A DNA stretch of 64,000 nt from Cyanophora paradoxa CCMP329 (Eukaryota > Plantae > Glaucophyta), in assembly GCA_004431415.1 (NCBI GenBank), contig QPMI01000482.1, forward strand, positions 62,001-126,000, given 5' to 3'. Shown one piece after another: positions 57,358 to 64,000 of the stretch (position 1 is its first letter; each line of letters opens with the position of its first letter). The notes under the pieces were generated by a model. It was not told the origin of the DNA, ran no database searches, and saw only the letters and a program-made list of their open reading frames with translations. Both the position numbers and the translations under genes were made by a program.

Positions 57358-60300
57358 ATGGCGGCCACCGGCAGCTCGTCCCGGCTGACGGACTTCGTCT
57401 TCGGAGAGCGCCTGGGAAAAGGGAGCTATGGCGTCGTCTATAAGGTCCAGAGAAAGTCCGACCAGCAGTCCTATGTTTGCAAGCAGATCAACATCTGTTC
57501 GTCGGCCGCCGCGCCGCCCTTAGCTTCGCCACGCGTAACGGCACGCAGCTGCGATGCCGCGCAAGGAGCAAGAGGAGGCCATCACCGAGTGCCGCATCCT
57601 CGCGTCCCTCTCCAATCGCTTTGTCGTGAAGGTGCCGAGCGCTCCCCGTTCTGCTCGGCAGCGCTCGGCAGACTCGATCCGTGCAGTACTACGACTCGTT
57701 CTGTGACGGCGGACACCTCAATATCATTATGGTACTTCGAATTCCCGCGCGGCGCCGCCGCCCGCCTGACACTGCGAGCAGGAGCTGGTGGGCCGCCCGC
57801 AGGTTGGGGGCCCATCACGCCTGCTTGCCCCCTTACTCCCATCCCGCAGGCCGAGAAGGGCTCCCTGCACCAGCGTCTGATGGCGCGCTGCCCTCGCCCG
57901 CTTGCCCGCCCGCCCGCCCGTCCCCGCGCTCACGCCCCCGGACCCTTGCAGGAGCAGCGGGGCAAGCGCCTGCCCGAGGACCAAGTATGGAGTTACTTCA
58001 TACAGATCTGCCTGGGGCTGCACCGTGCGTGGCGGGGCTGTACCCCCGCCCCGCCCCGCCCCGCCCCGCCCCACTGACGCCCGCCCTCTTACAGACATCC
58101 ACGGCAAAAAAGTGCTCCACAGGGATATCAAATCGATGAACGTCTTCTTGGACCGCAACGACTGCGTGAAGATTGGGTGCGCCGAATGCCGAAGCGACGG
58201 CGTGCGGGGTTGAAGCAACCGCGTGCCCCCCGCAGCGACCTCGGGGTGGCGAAGGTGCTGGGCACCTCCGCGTACGCCCACACGCTCGTCGGCACGCCCT
58301 ACTACCTGAGCCCCGGTGCCGCGTACCCCCAGCTCCTCCCCTCTCACCCTCTCACCTCACCGACTGCCGCCCGCCTCTATAAGAGCTCTGCGAGGACAAG
58401 CCGTACAACGGTACCCCTCCCCGACCACTTCTCCATCCCGTGTTCTTCCTCCTCTTAGTTTTCGCGTGCAGAGAAGTCGGACGTGTGGGCGATGGGCTGC
58501 GTCCTCTACGAGCTGTGCACCCTCAAGCACCCCTTCGACGCCCAGAACCAGGTGCCCCTGCTCCGGGAGCAGCGTGTCCCCCCTCTGATCAGCCCCTACC
58601 CCCCTCCAGGGCGCCCTCATCCTCAAGATCATTCGGGGGAAGTACCCCCCGATCCCCTCTTCGTACTCCCGCGAGGTGTGCGGCTTGGCTCTCCCCAGCG
58701 TCTGCTCGCGCTCCTGATCTCTCCCCCGCCCTCGGCCGGCAGCTCTCGGAGGTGCTGTCGAAGTGCCTGACGCGGGAGACGAGCCGGCGGCCCGACGCCG
58801 AGGGCATCCTCTCCAACGCCCACGTCGTCTCCCGCGTGCGCTGCCGCCGCCCCCATCGCCCTCTACCCCCTAGAGCCATCGCCCCCAGGCGCGCGAGCTC
58901 GACCTCTACCAGCACTGGCCCCCGAGCGCCCGCGCCCGCGTGGAGGCCGCCGCGCCCCCCGCCGCAGCGCTCCAGCCCCGGCGGGAGGCGCCGCCTCCCG
59001 CAGCCGCCGCTCCGGCCGCCGCGCTCGCGCGGCTCAAGTCTCCGGGGCCGGGGCCTCCCCCCAAGCCCGCCGCCGCCAAGCCGGCCCCGCCCCCGCCGGC
59101 CCCTCTCTCCGCCCCGCGCCCCGCCCGCCCGCGCCAGCGCCCCCGCCGCTGACAAGGAGCGGCCGGCTCCCAAGCCGGCTCCGAAGCCGGCGCCCACCCC
59201 GGCCGCCCCGCCCGCCCCCGCCCGGCACCCGTGCCCTCGCACTCCCTCCCGCTACCCCCGCGCAGCCCGCCCCCGCCCCGGCCGCGGCGCCGCAGGGCGC
59301 CCCGCGCGTCCGCAAGTCACCCTCGATGGACGCCGCGAGGGCGGAGGCCAAGGCGAGCGTGTCCCCCGCACTCACCCCCAACCGCACCCTCCCTCTGAGA
59401 GTTCCGCTCTCAGGCCTCACCAGCGGTGGCCGGGGCGCCCTCGCCCATGGGCCCCCGGCGGGTGCGGGTCAAGCCGCCCCTCCCCAAGGTCGCTTCCGCC
59501 CCCGCCCCGGCCCGCAAGCCGCCCCCGCCGCCCGCCCCGCCGCTCCCGCGGGGGGCGGCGACGCCGCTGGGGCGGCGCCGGCGGCAAAGGCCCCCGCCAA
59601 GGCCGCCGCGGCCCGGCCGGCCGGCCCCGCCCCGCTCGTCGACTTCGTCTTCGCGGGCTCCGCCCCCTCCCCCGCCCTCCCCTACCGCCTCTCCTCCCCA
59701 GCCGGCCACAGCGGCCGCGACTCCTCCCGCGGTACCCCCCGCCCCTCTCCGCCCTTCCGGCCGCCGCTCAGAAAGCGGCCCTGGCAGGACCCGATCCCGA
59801 GGTCGAGGAGGTCAGGAACCTTCCCGACGAGCCCGGCGTACCCTCCGGCCGCGTCCCCTCCCCCTACATCCCGGGCCAGCGCCCCTCCATCGACAACCTC
59901 CTCCACGCGAGCCGAACCCTCGCCCGTCGCCCCTTCGGCCCTTTGACGCGCGCCCGCAGGTGGGCCAGGCGTGCCCCCCCGACCCGTTCTTCGAGCTGGG
60001 CGTGCCCCGGCCCGCCTCGGCCTCCTCCGCCGCTTCCGCGTCCCACCTGGTGCGTCCGGAGCTCGCTGGGCCGCCCGCGTGCCTCCACGATGAGGCCGCG
60101 CGCCCCGCAGCCCCGCGGGCCCGGCCGGCCCGACTCGGCGAGGCCGGGTAGCGTCCCTTCCGCTATAGAGGTGCTGGGCGCAACCCCGACCCCCCGCGCC
60201 CCCACTTCCCCCCCCCCCCCCCCCCCCCCCCGCGCCCGAATTCACTTAACCCCCGCAGGAGGAGCAGGCGTACGCGGACGAGACGTTCGAGGGGGGCGAG

Positions 60301-60516
60301 GAGGGCCCCGAGGAGGGTGCTCTCGGCATCTCCGAGAGTGCGGCGTACCCCCTCGCGTCGTACCCCGGCCCTGCCGACGCTGTGCCCCAGCGCACGTGGT
60401 CTCGGGGGACTTCTCGGAGCTGAACCTGGGCGAGGACGAGGGCGGGGAAGGGTACCCCGATGCCGAGGCGGCGGGGGCCGCGCCCGGGTACGGGGATGCA
60501 CCCCAGTGGCGGGTCT

Positions 60517-60548
<32 letters not shown>

Positions 60549-61251
60549 GCGGATCCCAGCCCTTGGCCAGAGTCCATCCCGGTAACCTCCGTACCCCCAA
60601 GCGAATTGCAGAGACCTGTACCCCATTCGAACGGGGCACCGGGGCGCAGGAGGGGGAGGAGGGCGACTCGAACGACGCGGACATTCTGAGGAGGGGCGAG
60701 CGCACGACCCGGCTGCTGGGCCGCCGGTGCGCCGCGTGCCCCCGCCCCGCCCGTCCTCTCCACGCCACCCCTCACGGCCCTCTCTCGTCAGGGAGGAGCT
60801 GCGGAGGGCCGTCTCGACGGCCCAGCGGCAGTGCATCGACCTCGTCAACGCCTCCGTCTTCTGGGAGCTGTGCGTACCCTTCAGAAAAATGGAAAAAAGG
60901 AAAGCTGGGGTCTGAGAGTAGGGCAGGTACGGGCTCTTCAAGAGGCGAGCGGACGAGGAGGAGATGGGAGCCGGGGACGGGGGCGAGCTGGAGGCGTTCA
61001 TCGGGCGCCGCCTCGGGGACCGCGGCGAGGTCCGGCCGAGCCGCGTCGAGCCAGATCGGATCTCACCTCGCCTGACTTGCTTTCGGGACCGGCAGGTCAT
61101 CACGAAGCTGTACCACATCCTCTTCTGGTGCGCACGCGGCCCCGCCCCGCCCCGCCCCGCGCCGCCTCCGCCGCTCCTGCGCGGCGCCATTCACACTTGA
61201 GCCAGCGAGGAGGAGCTGCGGGAGACGGAGGCGGCCCTGTCCCGCGCGTAG
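57358..61251 (+). CDS. NIMA-related (NEK) serine/threonine kinase with long Pro-rich tail
   Basis: [63 protein letters not shown]|[17 protein letters not shown]|ELCEDKPYN|[24 protein letters not shown]. Stop TAG at 61249-61251. Confidence 0.95.
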
Positions 61252-61729
61252 CGAGGCCGCCCGCTCGCTCCCGCTCTAGGGCGACCCGGGCCCCCACTCC
61301 AGAGTTCCGGACCCAGAGGCCGTAGTCGCAGGCCTAGGCAGCTCAGCGTGCGATCGAACGGCCTTCCAGCCCCTTGCGCATTGCGCTGCTTAAGCTTTGG
61401 GGGCCGGCTGGGCCATCGGGCCATGTTCCGCAGCTGGGAGGGGGGCGGGCGCCTCGAACGCCAGCCGCTCGAGCTTGAGCTCTTTGATTTATCTGAGTTC
61501 TAGTTTCGAATTCAGGCCGGCTATAAATACCTACGATATTTCGGCGTTGATGGCGGTATACGTGCGTGCGGTTTGCTTCGAAATTCGCAAATGAAACAGA
61601 CTCCCGGTACATGTCCTGCCTCGAGCTTGAAATAAAATGGTAATAACAGCTTGAAAGAAGGCGCGGCCGCCTCCGACGCCGCGCGAATCCTGCCTGCTCA
61701 TCTCTCAGCTCCCAATAAAACGCCTGTCC

Positions 61730-63770
61730 CTAGAACTCGGAGGCGATCTGGCGGTTGATGTCCTTGCCGAGCAGGCCGGCCCGCTTCGCCGCGGCCTCGA
61801 GGTACCGCAGCCGGTTGTAGTAGGCGACCTGCGCGCGCGCGGGCGCGTGAGAAAGAGAGGGGGCGGGGCCGGGGGCGGGGTGCGCGGGCCCCGGCGATGG
61901 CGATGGAGATGCCGAGGGCGTTCATCGCGGAGATCTTGTTCCCGAAGATGAGCACCGACGAGACGATCACCACCTGCCGCCCCGCCACCGTGGGCCCCAG
62001 GGGACGCCGGCTGGGCGCGCAGAAGGCGGGCGGGCGCGCACGAGCCGCTTGGCGGTGCCGAGGACGGTGTGAGTCACGGCGGACATGTGGTGCAGCACGA
62101 TGAACGAGAAGAGGTTCTGGCGGGATCCGACCCGTCAGCGGCGGGGCGGGGCGGGGGGGGCGAGAGAAAGCGGGCTCGGGTGCACCTGCAAGAAGTAGCA
62201 GAGACCGGAGGCGGCCTGCAGGAGAGGCGCCGACGCGTCCGGTCAGAGGGGCGCGCGAGTTACGAGAAGTCCCAAGGGGCGCGCCAGCATGAGCCAGATG
62301 GCCTGCTTGGAGATGGCGCCCGGGTCGCCGGGGGCCCCCGGGGCCGCCAGCTTCGCGTAGTCGAAGTAGAAGGCCGCCGGCGAGAGCACGCACATCGCCC
62401 TGGACGAGGGGGAGAGGTGAGCGGGGTGGGGGGCAGGGGTGGCGGGGTGCGGCGCCGCACAGGAACGACATGTAGAAGGAGAGATTGACGGAGTCCATCC
62501 GCGTCTCGTTGAAGAGCTGGGGGGTACAGGATTGGCTGCGGTCGCTGGGTGGGGGAAGGGAAGGGCGGGCACCATCTTCGAGAGGAGGCTCTGCGAGCGG
62601 TTGGGGAGGTGAGTCGGACGGGGTACACGAAAGTGACTCGCACGGGGGTACACCCAAGGAGGCGAAGGACAGGAGCGCACCTGGGCGACCTGGGAGACGG
62701 TCGAGAGGAGGGCCGTAAAAAGCGCCATGAAAGTGACCTCCATGCGCAGCTTTGGGAAAGGTGCGTCGGCCAGATTCGGACCCGAGGCACAGAGAGCGGG
62801 AATGGGGCACCTCGGCGAGGGAGGCGAGGGAGACGCCGCCGCAGATGAAGAAGAGGCAGAGGTACGTCTGCGGGCTCGGGTGCTCCTGCAGGAAGATACG
62901 CGCCAGCAGCACCGCGAAGATCGGCGAGCTCGATTTGATCTGGCGGCCCCTCAGCGGCCCGGCGCGGGGCGCGGGGCGGCGCGGCGCGGCGCGGGGCGGG
63001 GGTGCCGCACCGTGTGCGTAAAGGAGAGCGGGGCCTCTCCGAGTGAGAGGAGGAAGCACACTTTGGAGACGATGAGAGCGAGGACGATGGGGAGGAGCCG
63101 CGCGAGCACGGGCTGCGCGAGGCTTCGGGACGGGGCGGGGCGGCGGCGGCGGGCGGGCCGCACCTGCGTGAGGCGGTGGAGGCGGTGGCGCTCCTTGTTG
63201 CTCTTGATCATGCACAGCGCGAAGGAGGCGCTGAATCCGAACTGGAAGATGGAGATCATCAGGGGGAACTGGACGCCCTGCGTCATCAGCGACTTCGACA
63301 GGAAGGAGCTGCACGAGCTGCGCGGCGGCGGAGTCGGCTACGCAGCGCTATGCGCCGCAGCGTTACCACGCCCGCGCGCTTACCTGAACAGGTACCAACC
63401 CGTAATCATCAAGGCAAACAGACCGAACTCGCTTGTCCACTTTTGGCAGTCTCCGGTCAGCCTGCAGGACAAGAAGCGCATCAGAGATTGATGGGTCCTT
63501 GCATTTGGAGCCTGGGAGGCGATAGGCTCCGATAGCTGGCGAGAGGCGGGACCGCAAGTTCCGCAACCGATGCGGGCGGTAAGCGGCACACACCGCGCCA
63601 AGTGCGGGCTCGCGCGGGCGCTTTGGTGCACAAAGCCCGGTCGCGGCGCTCTCTAAGATTCAGGGGGAAGCGCACGTGTGATGAGCCTGGCCGGAGGAAA
63701 GCTTGCTTCCGCCCCGCGAGCGGTCCGCAAGCTCCTCATCGGCTTCCCCGCCATTCGTTGAGTCGCTCAT
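61730..63770 (-). CDS. Triose-phosphate/nucleotide-sugar transporter family (TPT/SLC35E-like DMT)
   Basis: GWYLF, FPLMISIFQF, SLGEAPLSFTHT|IKSSSPIFAVLL, GGVSLASLAE, LSAVT-like MSAVTHTVLGTAKR|VVIVSSVLIFGNKISAMNALG, YYN. No obvious plastid presequence. Confidence 0.9.
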
Positions 63771-64000
63771 GGCAACGACCCAGGCGTCGTTCTTGGTCCC
63801 GGAGAGCGAGCGGAGGCTCGCGCCGTCGCCCCGCCTTCGTCCAGGCTCCAATTTTGAGCCCGCCTCTAACCTTGCTGCGGCACTGGCCGCAGAGTCCCGC
63901 TGGCAGTTGCTTTGGAGCTCGCCGGATAATGCCTGGTACCCCGCCGTCTTCGTTCGCAGAAATCGTACAGGGCCTGTACTTCGAGAAACATGCAGGCTGC

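Noticed and set aside
28749-61251. Functional cluster of flagellar genes (katanin, Dpy-30 motif, coiled-coil, NEK)
   Set aside because: They are dispersed among unrelated genes, such genes are common in flagellate genomes, and two of the assignments are only inferred.
123-63851. The many long Pro/Arg/Gly/Ala-rich ORFs in the six-frame track as independent or overlapping genes
   Set aside because: These are expected shadow frames in very GC-rich DNA. Recognisable motifs hop between frames at GT/GC-AG boundaries, which shows spliced genes instead.

Overview
Very GC-rich, intron-dense eukaryotic nuclear DNA from a flagellated alga with a primary plastid. The N-terminal MA(A)F/MVAF transit peptides and a nuclear TatC suggest a glaucophyte such as Cyanophora; this is inference. 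Most long ORFs in the supplied track are GC-driven shadow frames, and the real genes are split into many short exons by roughly 45-130 nt introns, a notable share of them GC-AG. From left to right the window holds: a CCT-domain gene; a transposon graveyard (~1.9-10.8 kb) with a hAT-type non-autonomous element with perfect 8-bp TSD and a decayed L1/Tx1-like LINE; a DUF4139 gene with an internal ubiquitin-like domain; an unknown ~10-TM protein; a plastid TLDc protein; a microbial-rhodopsin-fold gene lacking the retinal lysine that can be spliced in frame to a downstream class-3 lipase; katanin p60; DUF3293; a Dpy-30-motif gene; TatC; a PhnP-like metallo-beta-lactamase hydrolase; a coiled-coil protein; GAA1; a 2Fe-2S ferredoxin; a PyrP2-like HAD phosphatase; a NEK kinase; and a TPT/SLC35E transporter. 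The two most striking observations are the candidate opsin-lipase fusion and a recurrent 6-bp insertion signature, X to X-revcomp(X)-X for 3-mers, which shows up when repeat copies are compared and explains the palindrome-saturated non-coding DNA. Gene models were reconstructed by eye and several termini are approximate.
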